From NCBI GenBank assembly GCA_965112155.1, contig OZ218099.1: DNA of 64,000 nucleotides; one strand, 5' to 3'. Below, one piece after another: positions 23,831 through 37,530 of the stretch. The notes below the pieces were generated by a model. It did no database searches and was not told where the DNA came from. It saw nothing but the letters and a program-made list of their open reading frames with translations. How positions within the stretch are numbered: position 1 is the first letter of the stretch; every line of letters begins with the position of its first letter. This DNA is from Podarcis liolepis (Eukaryota). A program made the position numbers and the translations under genes.

Positions 23831-24641
23831 CCAGTTGACTTTAATCGGATCAAGCTATTTAAAAATAAACTTCGGAATTAAAGGGAGGGGAAGTTTGATT
23901 CTTTCTAGGAAGAGAAAGTGGGAAGAAAATGAGGTTTCCCCCCCATCATTGGAGTTCCCAAAGTAGCCCCTCTGCAGCAAGATCCCGGGCCTGTTTACAC
24001 GGGAGTAAGCACGGCTCACTTGAGTGGGGGTTACTTCTAGGTAGGTGTGCATAGGATGGAGCCTGAATAGCTTTGCTTTTTAACCAGTGGGTGAGCTCAG
24101 TGTGATTCTGCAGATTATCCGTACTCCTATAGAGATAGCTATATGCATAGGTGTCATTTTAATTCCATACCCCCCCAAAGGAGACAGCACAGCAAGTTTT
24201 TTCTTGGACCAAATTAAAAGCGTTTTCCCCCTTTCCGCAAAATGCTGTGTGTTAGTTTGCACCAGCATAGAAAGGGGTAACGAGTTGGCGATACACCCCA
24301 AACTGATCTGCAAACGGGATAAGCTCCTACCAGGAGCTGTTGTTGCCCTGGGTGAGAAACCGAATGAAAATGTGCCATGAAGGCAAAGGAATATTAACCC
24401 TGCTGTGATTCAATAGGCAGTTGCTGCAAAGCACATTGGATAACCTTGGGCGGGTGACCAACACTCAGGCTAGCCCTACCTTGCAGGGTTGGTGTGAGAA
24501 TAAAATGGGCTAATTCCCCGATTTGCTTGGAGGAATGGTTTGATACAGATGTAAAATAATCAGAGGTATCTCAGAGACAATGAAAAAAACAACCCCCCAC
24601 ATGTTGCTCACCCTTACTTTGGTGCTGGATGATTACTTCTA

Positions 24642-24857
24642 GGGCGGATCCACACCATCATTTAAAGCATATTCAGTGCATATTTAAAGCACATGACTTC
24701 GCTCCAAAATTATGGCAACTGTAGTTTGTTAAGGATGTTGGAAATGGTAACTCTGTGAAGGAGAATCTGCACTTCCCAAGGTTCTTTAGGGGGAAGTCAT
24801 GTGCTTTAAATATGCATTGAATATGCTTTATTATATCTATGGTGTAGATCTGCCCCC
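24642..24857. mobile_element. Palindromic MITE (PIF/Harbinger-like GGGC termini)
   Basis: Inverted arms gggcggatccacaccat..taaagcatattcagtgcatatttaaagcacatgacttc / gaagtcatgtgctttaaatatgcattgaatatgcttta..atggtgtagatctgccc; CTAG on both flanks. Confidence 0.8.
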
Positions 24858-25885
24858 TAGTTGCTACTACTGCCTCCCTCCTGCTGTCAAATCATGACTT
24901 CCTGCTGAATAATGCAGTGGCACATAAATGCCCCCAACCTGCCAGATGTAGCTGTGGACATGTGGTGGGTAATTTGTGCTAATGCACAATGTCATCTGCA
25001 AGAGCTTTAGCTTACATTTGAACAAATGCAGTGTGCTCAGCGGATCACTCACACTCTTCCCATGCAATGCTTGACTGTTTGCTGCAAGCTTTTCATATTG
25101 GTTTGTTGTCATCCCTCCCCACATGTGGAACCTTCAGTCATTCAGAAATTATTACTGGCACTAATATCATCTCGGGGATAAGAAAATAAATGCAATGAGA
25201 TTTCAAAGAAATTACTCTTCTTCCTAGTCGTTTGAGGCAATTTTGCAGCAAAGCACATTTGGGTCTGAATCCCACAGCCGGTTTGGGATGTGACCACATG
25301 TACTTTCATTTTCATTAAGTGTGTGCTCAGTACTTTCAATGTGAACCTCCAGCCTTCCTAAGCAGCCTAACTTAGTTGTAAGCCTTAATCTCTAAAGATT
25401 CTTAAACAGTGAACCTTATTAGTTACCAAGTATTTCCCTGAGAATGCATCCCCCCACTTCATCTCCAGCTGACGGTTGGCGGAAGATTTAGGGATGCTTT
25501 ATATTGCTCTTAACCCGCAACTGCTGCAAGATTAATCACTAAATGGCAACCAGAGCGCTTGGGTCTCAGGGATGGCACATTCTGCTATCTAAGCACTTTT
25601 AAAGCAAATAGTCCTGTGACAGTGAGCGATTCCCCGAGAGCAATTTCCTCCTGTTGGTTTTCTAACTCATCCTATTATTTGATTGTATTTGTTTCCTTTC
25701 TGAAGATTTCCTGGTGCAAAAGCAATCCACATATTCAAGCTGCTGGTGCTTGAATAACACACAGGAGAGCCTTTGCCATAATTCAGAACGCTTCTAGTGG
25801 TATTAGCAGACAGAAACCTCCTAATTCCCTAGCAACTTTCCTGGCAGAATTAGAGGGGCTGGAATTCAGCGGAGGACCATTTAGT

Positions 25886-26012
25886 CCAGGGATGAGGAGC
25901 CTGTTGTCCTCCAGATGGAAGTCCCATCATCCTTGAGCACTGGGCATGCTGGCTGGGCCTGATGGGAGTTGGGAATCCGACAGCATTTGGTGATCTGCAG
26001 GTTTCCCATCGT
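25886..26012. mobile_element. Old palindromic hAT MITE
   Basis: ccagggatgaggagcctg...tcccatcatcc...gatgggagttgg...caggtttcccatc, related to 14811; similar relics at ~26689-26815 and ~31725-31835. Confidence 0.55.
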
Positions 26013-26564
26013 TTCACTAGTCCGTTGTTTCAGGTGTTCTTTCAAAAATGCATCAGGAGTTCCTCATTGAGGAGATCAGCAATGGCTGAAAGAACAGCTT
26101 GGCCGCCACTATCTTTCTCTGCAATGTGCAGCCAGTCCAGAGCTGCTTTCTAAGATGCAAGTCCCATTGAGTTCATTGGGGTTCTCCACTGGCAAGTTCA
26201 GTACTTCAGCCTTAGTTTCAGACTTGCATAACTGGTTTGAGTCGCTCACAGAAGTAGGGCAACTCTTGTGGCATCTCCTAAAAACCTTGGGAATTGTAGT
26301 TGTGCCTGTTCTTTGTGAAAGGTCTGCAGCTATCTCATAGAACTGCATAGAGCTGTAGCTGTTACAAAGTTTGGAAAGTTACAGCAGCCATTGGTGCAGC
26401 ACAGCTAAGACAGTAGCGTAGATGTCCTCTGAGAATTCTCATGCATTGCCAAACACACACCCACACACACACCCATCCCCAAATCTTTTGTGACCCCTGC
26501 GGATCTGACACTGAAATCTGAACCCATTCCATCTTTCCTAATCCTGTGCTGAATGGAAATGATG

Positions 26565-26596
<32 letters not shown>

Positions 26597-29196
26597 TGCA
26601 TCAGGTTAGACTTGCCACCAGGAAGGCCATGACTAGTATGTATGACAACTTCCTGTGCTGTCCATTTGTCCCTTGAGCCCTGAATCAGGGACATACAATC
26701 TGTGTCCCTCCATATATTGCTGGACAACTGCTCACATCATCTCTAGCAGTTGTGTTTGGAACTGATGGGTGTTAGAGTCCAACAGCAACTGAAGGGCAAC
26801 AGATTCCCCATCACTGCACTAAACAGTAATGTGAGAAATGTCCTCCACCCCTGAAAATCTGGGATACCTTCTCCTCCTTCCACCCCTACGTGTGAAATTT
26901 CTACTCTCACACCTTGTGAGAAAAGAAATCTGTTCTTGCAGTCCCTACCTTGATAGTTTGTGTGTGTGTTACAGTGGTCGTGCATAAACCCAGTGAGTAG
27001 TTGACTCCTACTTTTTAAATAAAATAAATGCACAACTTGTTGGTATCTTCTGTTAGTGTTTTAGCGAGCTTGTGGCAAGAGTGCCAAAGAGTAGGGTAGA
27101 AAAATCCACTTGCTGTTTCTTGCCGACTTCCTATCCACGCGTCCCATTACTTCCTGCTTTATAGAACCATAGAGTTGGAAGGAACCAAAGTCCATCTACT
27201 CCAACCTGCTGCCCAAAGGCAAAGCTGCCAAGCCACCAACCCCCCACAGATCAACCTCTGCTGTCCAGGACACAGTGTGACTCAATCAGAGGGCAGAAGC
27301 ATGTGAGAAAGGTACGTGCAGAGGACCTAGCTCGGAGCAAAGTAGTGCTTCCAAATGTAGCGACGATACTGATGTGTGTTTTCTCATGCCGAGTGGCAAA
27401 TTGACTTGTCTGGTGGGATGTGGAGTTGTTGGGGAAAGGCTGCAGCAAGATCCTGTCGCTGCACGATGTGGCCCCCATTCTCCTGTCAGGCAGTTTCATT
27501 GTGAGTAGATGGGTGGCAGTCAATGTCAATGGTATCTCGTAGCTCCTGTGCACCTTCTGCATGGGGCGAACCCACCCACCCCAATGGGTAGGCTTACATC
27601 TGTACTCCTTTGTGGATGGGTGTCAGCCTAGAGACATGAAGCGTGAGTGCCGGCAGGACGAGGACCAAAGTTGGATTAAGTTCTGGAGAACGTCAACAGG
27701 AGGAGAACCTTCAGAGGCATGTCATTTGAAGGGAGGGGAAGCCGAGCTAGAATGAGGGTGCTGAAGGGCAAGCTGGCAGATTGGGAGGAGGGAAGCGTGG
27801 AGGGAGGAGGCAGGTGGGATCAAAACCAAAGCAGAGATGGTACTGACTGTTGCCCAGGTAAAGATTCAGGCCTGACCTGGAAGTATTTGTAACCAGGCAA
27901 GGCAAGAAGGAACCAATGAGCAGTCTGGAGGGGGTGGGAGTGGGAGGAGCTGCGTTAGGATAATGCCCCTTCTTCCTCCACTACCACACTAGTTACTAGT
28001 GCACCAACATGGATGCCCCTGGTGTGTCATGGCTGGATGTCTAGGAGTGGTGGGAGGCACGGGGGGGGGGGACCCCCAGAGGAAGAAAGCTCAGAGCCTG
28101 GAGATTGGTGGTGGGACAACGATGCAAGGTATGCTTAATGCTGTAGTGCCATTTCTGCAGGGGCTGCCCATCCCGTTTCAGCGCCTGAAGCTAAACAGAA
28201 AGGTGCTGCTCCACCGCAGCTGTGGTGGCGACGGCAGCTTCTGGGTTCTGGAAAGATCTTGCCGAAAGCTGCCGCTTCTCCTCGCTTCTCTGCTGGTGGG
28301 ACAAGCGAGGAGAAGCTGCTGTGGCTTCCAATAGGATCTTACCAGAACCTAGAAGCTGCTATCACTTGTTCTCTTGCAGCCGCCGCAGCAGGTGGCAGTG
28401 CATTGAGGGTTTGATCATGCCCTTCCCCCGCCCCCGCTCCCCTGTGGCTCTTGCTGCTGAAGCAGACTGCTTCCTTTTGCCTCATTAAAAGGCTGGCCCT
28501 GCATTTCTGGCTACAAAACCAAAACTAAGCAGGAGAAAGAGCTTAAACAGAGGGAACCAAAGCACTTGAAGAAGCTCACCCAACCCTCCCATTTTTGAAA
28601 AAGGACAAGGACTTTGGGGCATGTGGGGCAAGTTTTGTGCTGAGCCCAGAAAAAATGGCTTGGGCGCTGGTTGCAACCTCTTCCAGTTGCATCTCTCTCT
28701 CTGCAGGGTGAGATCCATGTGGAGCCCAGAATCCCAACTTAAAAGGGAATGTGCTGATTGGGGAAAGGAGCCTTTGCACCAGACCACAGGGGGAAGTATC
28801 GGATTCCTTAGTGCTTGTAACCCCCTTCTTAATATTTAAATACATTTGTCTTGCTGGATTTCTTTCCCAGAGAGTAATAATAAACCCGATATTATTACCT
28901 GGGAAAGCTATGTTTAACAATACATGTAATTAGAGAAGAGAAGCCACATTTAATATTACACAAGAGACCGGAACCGCTCTTTCAGAAGCAAACATGCTTT
29001 TAAACCTCCATAATTATAGCCCCCCCCCCAAGTCTAGCATTTAAAATGCCTTAGATCTTGTTTTTAACTCCTTCCTGGGCCAGCATAGGTGGGTACGCAT
29101 CTCTCTTCTTCCATGAAACTATTAAAAGCAAGGGACTCTACAGCTAATTGTAGAATTAAGTTATGAACTGGGCTGGTTCTGCAAAACACTCACCAT

Positions 29197-29422
29197 TAGG
29201 GTTGCCAACTGACCACAAGGAATTGGCCGGATCTGCTGCTGTCCCTTGTAACGGCAGTTTTATCTGCAGAAATCAGCATGTGAAGGTTGTTGTTGTTGTT
29301 TTGCAGCATGTGGATGCGCATTTCCCCCCTGCTAATATCTGCAGATCTAACATTGCTCAAGGCACACAGCAACAGAGCCTGGTTGAATACACGGATGGTC
29401 TTCAGCTTGTGGGTCGCCTCTG
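29197..29422. mobile_element. Old DNA-transposon-like element with TAGGGTTGCC terminus and internal palindrome
   Basis: Starts ttagggttgccaac; internal inverted tatctgcagaaatcagca / tgctaatatctgcagat. Confidence 0.4.
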
Positions 29423-31220
29423 AATCTTAGATGGCACAAGTTCAGCTTTAAAAACAGCAGGGTGGGTTCTGGCAGGTGCATTCCCCTCCCCCTCGCCTCT
29501 TCTGATCAGCAATCTGTACCTGTGGAAATCCCCTCTTCAGTTGTGGGTGGTGCAGGAGTCCCATTTCCCTTGGCACCTGTTCATTCTAGGGGGGAAAGGA
29601 GAAGGACATAGGCAGATGTTAATATTAAATTGGTCCCACATTGCTGGTTGGGTATCTTGGGTTGAAGGTGACTTACAAGAGGCAATAGCTGCAAAAGGCA
29701 CTTGTATGATCTGCCAAAGTAATGCCCAGTCAGGTTCATGCCAATGAGGTCTAACTGAAGGGATGCCTATCTTGTATCAGTGGTGGCGGCAGCAATGGCG
29801 GCAGCAGCACATACACACCAAGAGGGAAACCAGAGCACCTCGCTGCAAAGGGAGGCTCGGCTGCCAGGGATGTGTGGCATCTCTGTCTGGCGGCATCTGG
29901 AGTTGCATTAAACAAAAGCGTTGATCGAACATTAACTCTGAATCACTGGGCAGATTTACTGTGACAAGTGGGAGTTTTGATATAAAGGAATATTCACTCA
30001 GGCAAGAGCTCGATTGTTTCTGTGGGATTCCAGGGAGTTAGCGCACAAAAGCTGAGCTCTTTAATAGAACAGTTTGCCGAGGTGGACCTGCCATGCGTTT
30101 TCAGGTTCGATTGGCTGGTGTTATGCGATCTGCTCTAACCGGAGGTTGTCAGGAGTGCACGGCCTGGTGTTCCATATAATGTACAGTGGTTTAAAAACCC
30201 CTGCTAGTTTAAGACTCTCATATCGATTCAAGTTCAACCAAGCCAAGAAACTGCAAACCAAGGCTGATGCCCTAACAGATCCTATGCAATGTCATAAATT
30301 GCACTTAGTTGTAACTTCCCATCCAGGCACCTGCGCTTCTTCCTTGGTCTTTCAGGTACACATCCATATGAGAAGTGGCTCCTTCCTCAGAGCAAGGCAT
30401 TCTGGGGAAGGTGGGCCTAGGAGAGTGCCAGTACTGCTGCTGCTTTGTCATGGTGACTAGAAAACCAATTTTAAAGAGTTTTGAAAGCTTATAAAGTTAC
30501 TTTTAACATATTTTTTTTAAAGAAGATTTTCTAGCCAGTAGTGCAGGCATTTTCCTTGGCCACCTTTCCCTCACGCTGTGAGGAGATCTGTCATCTCCTT
30601 GGCAGTCCCCTCTAAATGATGCCTCCACAGCGGTTTCTTGCAAATAGGAGGCGCTGCTGGTCTCCTCACTGCCTTGATTTTGATGTAGTTCTTTATTCCG
30701 GCCGTGTTCCTGATGTAGATCTTCACTCAACTCTTCTTCCCTGGTTGGGGGGCGGGGGCGGCACTACTTGGCGGTTTGCCTCAGGTGCCAAAATGTCTTG
30801 GGCCGGCCCTGTGTTGACAGTCTTTGTCATCCACAAATTTGTCTCCTTTTAAAGACATCCGAGTTGGTGGCCATCTTGTGGTAGCGAATGCCATCGTTTT
30901 AAGCGTGCAAAGATATACTTTATTTTGTCTGTCCTATCTCCTCCAATGTTCAGGGTGTCTATGTGTTTTAGTGCTGTGCGTGCGAGAGAAAATTTTTCTC
31001 TTTTCACGTTCTACATGCCATACATAACTTTATAAACTCCTGTCATAACACCCCTCACTTGTCTTTGCCCCACCCCAAGCTTAAAAAGTCCCAAATGTGA
31101 TAACCTTTCCTCATGGGGTTTTAAGATGCATTAGACTTGTATAAAGCCATTATGATAGTGGCGGTTTTTTCTATCTTTATTTTAGATCTTGTTTGGTTTA
31201 TGTGGAAATTGTTCAGTTGT

Positions 31221-31221
<1 letters not shown>

Positions 31222-31258
<37 letters not shown>

Positions 31259-31590
31259 TAATAATAATAAATTGTTTATTTATACCCCGCCCATCTGGCT
31301 GAGTTTCCCCAGCCACTCTGGGCGGCTCCCAACAGAATATTAAAAACACAATAAAACATCAAACGTTAAAAACTTCCCTAAAAAGGGCTGCCTTCAGAAG
31401 TCTTCTAAATATCAGATAGTTGTTTATTTCCTTGACATCTAATGGGAGGGTGTTCCACAGGGCGGGCGCCACTACCGAGAAGGCCCTCTGCCTGGTTCCC
31501 TGTAACTTCACTTCTTGCAGTGAGGGAACCACCAGAAGGCCCTTGGAGCTGGACCTCAGTGTCCGGGCTGAACGATGTGGGTGGACTACG
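31222..31590 (-). mobile_element. L2 LINE 3' end with (AAT)n tail
   Basis: Matches 48600-48920 and 50980-51221; tail 31222-31270. Confidence 0.88.
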
Positions 31591-32125
31591 ATGGTTTAGG
31601 ACTACTTTTGTTATGTTGAAGTTATGTATTTTTTCTTCTTCATGTTGTAAACTGCCTTGGGCATGGTTTGAGCTGTGGAAAGGTGGCCTACAAATAAAAT
31701 TATGTATGCATATATGTATGTGTGTACCATCCAGATGTTTTGGAGCTACAACTCTCATCAGCCCTAACCAGCATGGCCAGTGGTTATGGGCGATGGAAGT
31801 TGTAGTATAGCAACATCTGAGCTGCACTAAAGAGGGCTGTTCTACAGAGTGTTGTGCAATCAAACATAACGGCGGCCTCTTTTTGACATCTGTGATGGCA
31901 AGGGGGTTTGTGCCTCTGGTGTGGTCATAACTCTTCAGAGCAGCTCACTGTCCAAGGCAGCACTAGATTGGAGGACTTTCATTTCCTATATTCTCCATTT
32001 GATTACCTGTCTCTCTAAAAAAATAAAAAATGTTTCTGGAATGAATGTACATTTCTGTGCTCTTACGCTTTTCTTCCTCTTTCCCCCTCTTCTTTCTTTT
32101 ATGCATTGCCTCTTCCCTCTGTCAG

Positions 32126-32149
32126 CACTGGAAAGCTCTGTTTGATCAG
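32126..32149 (+). CDS. RHBDL3: RHBDL3 exon 2, 24-nt microexon (HWKALFDQ)
   Basis: Long pyrimidine tract + tgtcag|CACTGGAAAGCTCTGTTTGATCAG|gtatgt; phase 0-0; continues exon 1 like the remembered mammalian ...ED-HWKVLFDQ-FDPG. Confidence 0.92.
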
Positions 32150-32387
32150 GTATGTGAATAATTCAGATTTTTTCCCCCCTCTAACACCTGCTAACAATGG
32201 AGACCCCGTGAGTTTGTTCAATGGGGGAATCTTTTGTAACATGTAGCTTATGTGCCGTTAGTGTGGCACTGATTTGGTTGCAGTCATGCTTGGCAAGCAT
32301 TACCCCCAGCTCTGAGGTTCTGATGCCTGTTGTACTGTATCTTTGTACACCTTCCTTTAAATTCTTACCCTTATCAATGGATGACCC

Positions 32388-32718
32388 AAACCACTGAGCC
32401 TCTTGGGCTTGCCGATCAGAAGGTTGGCGGTTCGAATCCGCACAACGGGGTGAGCTCCTGTTGCTCTGTCCCAGCTCCTGCCAACCTAGCAGTTCAAAAG
32501 CACACCAGTGCAAGTAGATAAATAGATACTGCTGCGGCGGGAAGGTAAACTGCATTTCTGCGTGCTCTGGCTTCTGTCACGGTGTTCCGTTGTGCCAAAA
32601 GCAGTTTAGTCATGACTGTGGACAAACGCCGGCTCCCTTGGCCTGAAGTGAGATGAGCACCGCACCCCATAGTCATCTTTGACTGGACTTAACCGTCTGG
32701 GGTCGTTTACCTTTTACC
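32388..32718 (+). mobile_element. Sauria SINE, divergent subfamily, slightly 5'-truncated
   Basis: aaaccactgagcctcttgggcttgccgatcagaagg...ggttcgaatcc...tttaccttttacc; degenerate TSD caatggatgacc/caatgaatgatc; ~240 nt downstream of exon 2. Confidence 0.85.
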
Positions 32719-34459
32719 AATGAATGATCCTTCTTCCCAGGGCTGTGCTGTAAAAAGAAAGCAGCTCAATATGTTTAAAGATGGGTTTTCCCCTTTCTTT
32801 AGAAGTTTCATAGCACAGTTGCTAGTTCAGCTCCTTCATTCTTGAGTGAGATTCACAGGTAGAGCACATTGATACTGAATTTCAACTTTTACATTTTAAT
32901 GACAGATCAGCTTATGGGAAAATACCTTGTGTAAGGTTTGACATGCTCTCTATATCTAATGTTTCAACAATGTGTGGGACATATTGATATCGGTCAGTTT
33001 CTTAACCCCCAGAGCTTCACTGATTTAGTTTAAGAGACTAGTTGATCACTGAAAAGAATCATATAACTGTTGAATTGGAAGGGACTGTCAGTGCAATAGG
33101 CCCAAGGTTGGAAAGATACCTAAAGTGTTAGGATGGTAGGATATAGATGTTTTTACATGTTTTCTTTATTTCAGCTGTCTGCAGTAGCACAGATAATGCT
33201 AGATTAAGATTCAGTAGTGAATCTCCACTTCTGCCCCATGCAAAACCAGGGGCGACTTGAACCCAAAATCTCCTCATTCATGCGCAAATGAAACATAGTA
33301 CAATTATGTGTGTCACACATGCACAGCAAACATTCACTGCTGATACACAGATGTCACCTCTGTGTATGCATAGAGAGACCTTTTTTTAAATCAGTAGAGC
33401 CTCTAAAGTGAATGGTATTGTGGCAGAGGTTTTAACATGTCTGCTGATGTTGCCCATTGCTTAATCCTGCTAGTGCAAAGGCTTCCTTTGGCTGTTTTCA
33501 TAGCAAAGTCAATAATAAAAAAAAAACAAGAAAAACTAAGCAGGCGGGAGCCGGCTGGTCTCAAAGATCTACTGAAGTCTGTTCACAGTTACGTTGGCAG
33601 GCTAGGATTTGTTCTGTAACTTGCATTTTGCTTGTTTGCATTTATATAATGAATGGGATTTTACCTGTGGATCTGAAAACCCATTGCCGTTTGCAAGCAT
33701 TCAAATGGTGTTTGTAGATATTTTCAAGATACGTGTTCTAAAACACAAATGTGGAGAAAAGTTAAGATTTCAAGGTACAATTTCTTTCCATTTCCTTCTT
33801 ATTTCCCGTTTTAGTGACATGCGAAAATACGTAGACATTTTCCTAGAGTTTTGTCTTGGTGGCTCGCTTTTGGCCTGCAACACTCTGTTAACGTGTTCCG
33901 CCCACTTCTGTGTAGGCAGAAATACCACTTTATGCAAGCGAACTGTTATTACTTTGTCTGGCCCTGGAAGAAGGCAGCGTTTTATGAGGCAATATAATAA
34001 TTTGGTTCCTGTATGTGGTCAGACCGCACAGCGACTATCTGAGTGGGTTGCCTTGCCAATGAGATGTGCCTCTCATCCCAGAGATGGCTTATTACCATTC
34101 CCTAAGTAAGCTCACTGCCAGTGGTGATGAGTGTCTGTTTATAACCCAGTAAGCTGTGCTCTATATTTAGCCCATAAATCTGGGGTGAGCAACATTCCTC
34201 ATTGTGTGCAGAATGTATCTGGGGTGGGATAGGATCATGTAGTTGCATTACTCTAATGACAAGCTGGAGTCCATTCTGTAACACATTGGCATGAATTTAC
34301 TCCCATCTGTATCAGTTGTTTTATTTGGGGCGGGGGGTGGGGCGGGAGAAGGAGGTCCTTCTGTATGAGCTTGCTTTGCCACTCTGAATTTCCTCTTCTT
34401 TGGGAGCTATTTTATGGCCACTTTTCATAGCTGCTGCTTAGTTTTTGTGTTATTTTGAT

Positions 34460-35060
34460 GATAATAATGATAATAATAATAATTTATTATTTATACCCTA
34501 TGGGTTTCCCCAGCCGCTCTGGGTGGCTCCCAACAGAATATTAAAAACACGATAAAACATCAAACGTTAAAAACTTCCCTAAAAAGGGCTGCCTTCAGAT
34601 GTCTTCTAAAAGTCAGGTACTAGTTTATTTCCTTGGCATCTGATGGCAGGGCGTTCCACAGGGTGGGTGCCACTACTGAGAAGGCCCTCTGCCTGGTTCC
34701 CTGTAACCTCACTTCTCACAGGGAGGGGGGAAGAAGAAGAAGAAGAGTTTGGATTCGATATCCCGCCTTTCACTTCCTTTAAGGAGTCTCAAAGCGGCTA
34801 ACATTCTCCTTTCCCTTCCTCCCCCACAACAAACACTCTGTGAGGTGAGTGAGGCTGAGAGACTTCAGAGAAGTGTGACTAGCCCAAGGTCACCCAGCAG
34901 CTGCATGTGGAGGAGCGGAGACGCCAACCCGGTTCCCCAGATTGCAAGACTACCACTCTTAACCACTACACCACACTGGCTCTCAGGGAACCACTAGAAG
35001 GCCCTCAGAGCTGAACGATGGGGGTGGAGGCACTTATTCAGGTATACTGGGCTGAGGTCG
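34460..35060 (-). mobile_element. L2 LINE 3' end, interrupted by a SINE
   Basis: L2 sequence at 34460-34728 resumes at ~34985 (agggaaccactagaaggccct). Confidence 0.85.
34730..34984 (-). mobile_element. Squam3-like CORE SINE with (CTT)n tail
   Basis: Minus strand starts gagccagtgtggtgtagtggttaagag (A box), has a CORE-like gggtgaccttgggctagtcac...cctcacagagtgtttgttgtg and ends in (CTT)n. Confidence 0.8.
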
Positions 35061-35337
35061 TTCCGAGGTATTGGAAAGTATGTCAGTAAGTGAGAGGAAG
35101 CTGCCCTACACCAAGTCTGGTCCATTGAGCTTAGTATGAATAGCACTGACTTTCTAGGATTTCAGAAAGGCTAACATGGAGGCACTAGGAACTGGTCCTG
35201 AGACTTTGGCATGTATTCTATCACTGAGCTATTATCCTTTTATCATGATGATGAAAACAGGGAGGGTCAAAACTATGCTGCTGTTGCTGGAAAGGCACCT
35301 GCAAACTGAGTTTGGGGCCTGAATGTGCAAGGCACCC

Positions 35338-35405
35338 CCTTCCTTCCTTCCTTCCTTCCTTCCTTCCTTCCTTCCTTCCTTCCTTCCTTCCTTCCTTCCT
35401 TCCTT
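35338..35405. repeat. (CCTT)n microsatellite
   Basis: Seen directly. Confidence 0.95.
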
Positions 35406-37394
35406 TTCAGTCCATTGAGATGTGTAGACTACAGCTGCCTAGTCTGAAGTTCTAAGAGGAACCAGCTGCTTTGCATTTTAACAATTCAGCAAAAATGCTA
35501 TATTTGGATGAACGTGCTATCCCTCTTTTCAAACCCGGAACCTGAGTGTAGACTCTGTTGGTGAATAACTGGAGGGAGGAGTACAGGACAGGTAAGATAG
35601 GAGTCTCTGCTCACAGCAGAGCCACAGAAAAGTAGCTGCGAGATGGAACAACCCCTGACTCCACCCCACCCCCCAAAAAAATTATGGGTAAGCGTCTTGT
35701 GTACATGCATTCATCAGGAGTATTTCTGGCAGCAAAGGGCATCATGCAGAAACTCACCCTTGCCTACTGGGGCAGGAATGGGACATCCTATGATGTGTAT
35801 TCTCAAGCCAAATCTTTCCCTGAACAAAGTGAGTCTACCCATTAACCACTGCAAAGATTAAAAGTGGAGTGGGAGTTGGTTCCAAGGGCATGTGCTCTGT
35901 GGCGCTCATCCTTCAAGCCCGTTTCCACCTGATAGTTTTCCTGCCTCAGCAGGTCAGGATTCCCACACCCTGCTTTCTGCCACTGGAAGTATTTTCCAGC
36001 CGATTCTCGGCAACAGAGAGTCTAAGGACCCTTAAACCAGTCTTCGCCAACCAGGTGCCCTCCAGACGCTTTGGATTTCAACCCCCAGCTAGGGATGGTG
36101 GAAGTTGCAGCCCAGTTCACCAGATTACGAGTCTACTGCTCTTAACCACTACACCACACTACACTACAGGCACTAATCCTGGTGAGGAATAGTGCCTGCA
36201 GAACTGTCAGCTGCCATCAGGGATATTTCCCATTTGGCACAGGGTGTTTGTATGCATCACTGGTAGCTGGAGATATTTTGATGGAAGATGGTGTGCTTGA
36301 TCTCCAATTTTCCTGCAAGGAAAATTCCACAAACTGGTTCATTTTGACCCTACCTGAAATGATGGTATAGCTATTTTGAGGACTTGGGTGATGAGAAAAG
36401 ACATCATCAGATTCTGCCTAACTGGAGTGCTATTGCCTTGTTGTCCGTTGGTTTCTGTGGCTTTCTAACAGTGGGAGCAAGCTTCATACTGAGCAGTTGG
36501 GTTGAAATTTGCCCCCAATGAAACTATAAAGAAACTTAGAACATCAAACCAACTAGAGCCCTAAATGGATACCAGATGGCAGACCTAGAATCCAGCTGCT
36601 GCTGTCCCAGATATCTGGGTAGCAAGGCAATCCAACTGGCAGCAGATGGCGGTGGCGCAGGTGCTCACCCACACCCCTTGGGTAGGGAAGCAGTCATGAA
36701 ATAGGGCATCTAAGGGTGCACTGCACTCCACTGCCAAAAGGATCATGAAGCTGAATTTACGTAGTCTCTGCTTGCAAATGTTAACGTTAAGCAGTGTCAT
36801 TTGAAGCTGTAGACTCATGTGCGACCCAAAAGATTGGCTGTTTTGTGGTTTATGTGCTAGGTTCTTGACAACGTCTGTCCTGATCCTCAGTTGCTGGGCA
36901 GTGAGGTGACTACATTGCTAGAAATGGAAGATGATCAAAAATGAGATGAGAGCTTGGTGCAATATACCACTTAACACTGGATTAAGACTTGCCAGTACTC
37001 AGCTGAAATGGACTGGGAGGTAACTGAAGTCTCAAAATAATTAGCCCCTCCTGAGATGAGCAGGCAATGTTGAAATTTAATCTATTTCTGGGGTGTTGTT
37101 GCCAAAGAGAGCACAGCTCATGAGAACTGGTCCCCAAGCTTCAATGGATTCACAAAGCTTTTATCACCTATGGGCAAAAGCAGATGTCTTCTTCCTAGAT
37201 TTGAGAAACCAAGATAGATGGAAAGCCCACTAGGTTTGGGTTGGATGATGGAATATATTGTTTGCTGTAATAAAAAATTTCCTCTTCTATCTGGGGTGGT
37301 TGAGTGCAAGTTTTAACATGTCTTTATCACATTTGTATCTCATTATAGGAGACTCATGTGCATCTCAAAGTAAGCGTGGCATACGTTTGTCTCA

Positions 37395-37530
37395 CCACCA
37401 ACCCTCTTATCCTTACACGACAGTGAGTTAGGTTAGTGATCAACCTAAGCTCAACCAGTGAACTTCATGGCTGAGTGAAGATTTGAATCTAGGTTTCCCT
37501 GATCCAAATCTACCACTTTATCCAGCACAG
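37395..37530 (-). mobile_element. Old CORE SINE (MIR/Squam3-like) fragment
   Basis: ttatccttacacgaca..gtgagttagg...ccagtgaacttcatggctgagtgaagatttgaatctaggt (B box and CORE on the minus strand). Confidence 0.5.

Noticed and set aside
26155-26340. ORF containing STGKF, as in RHBDL3 exon 3 (..ISTGKF..)
   Set aside because: It lies upstream of exon 2, flanking residues do not match and there are no fitting splice sites. The true exon 3 was not found and is presumably beyond the window.
33609-34109. 166-aa intronic ORF (also 40641-41093, 150 aa)
   Set aside because: Non-ATG start, no recognisable homology or exon boundaries; consistent with chance.
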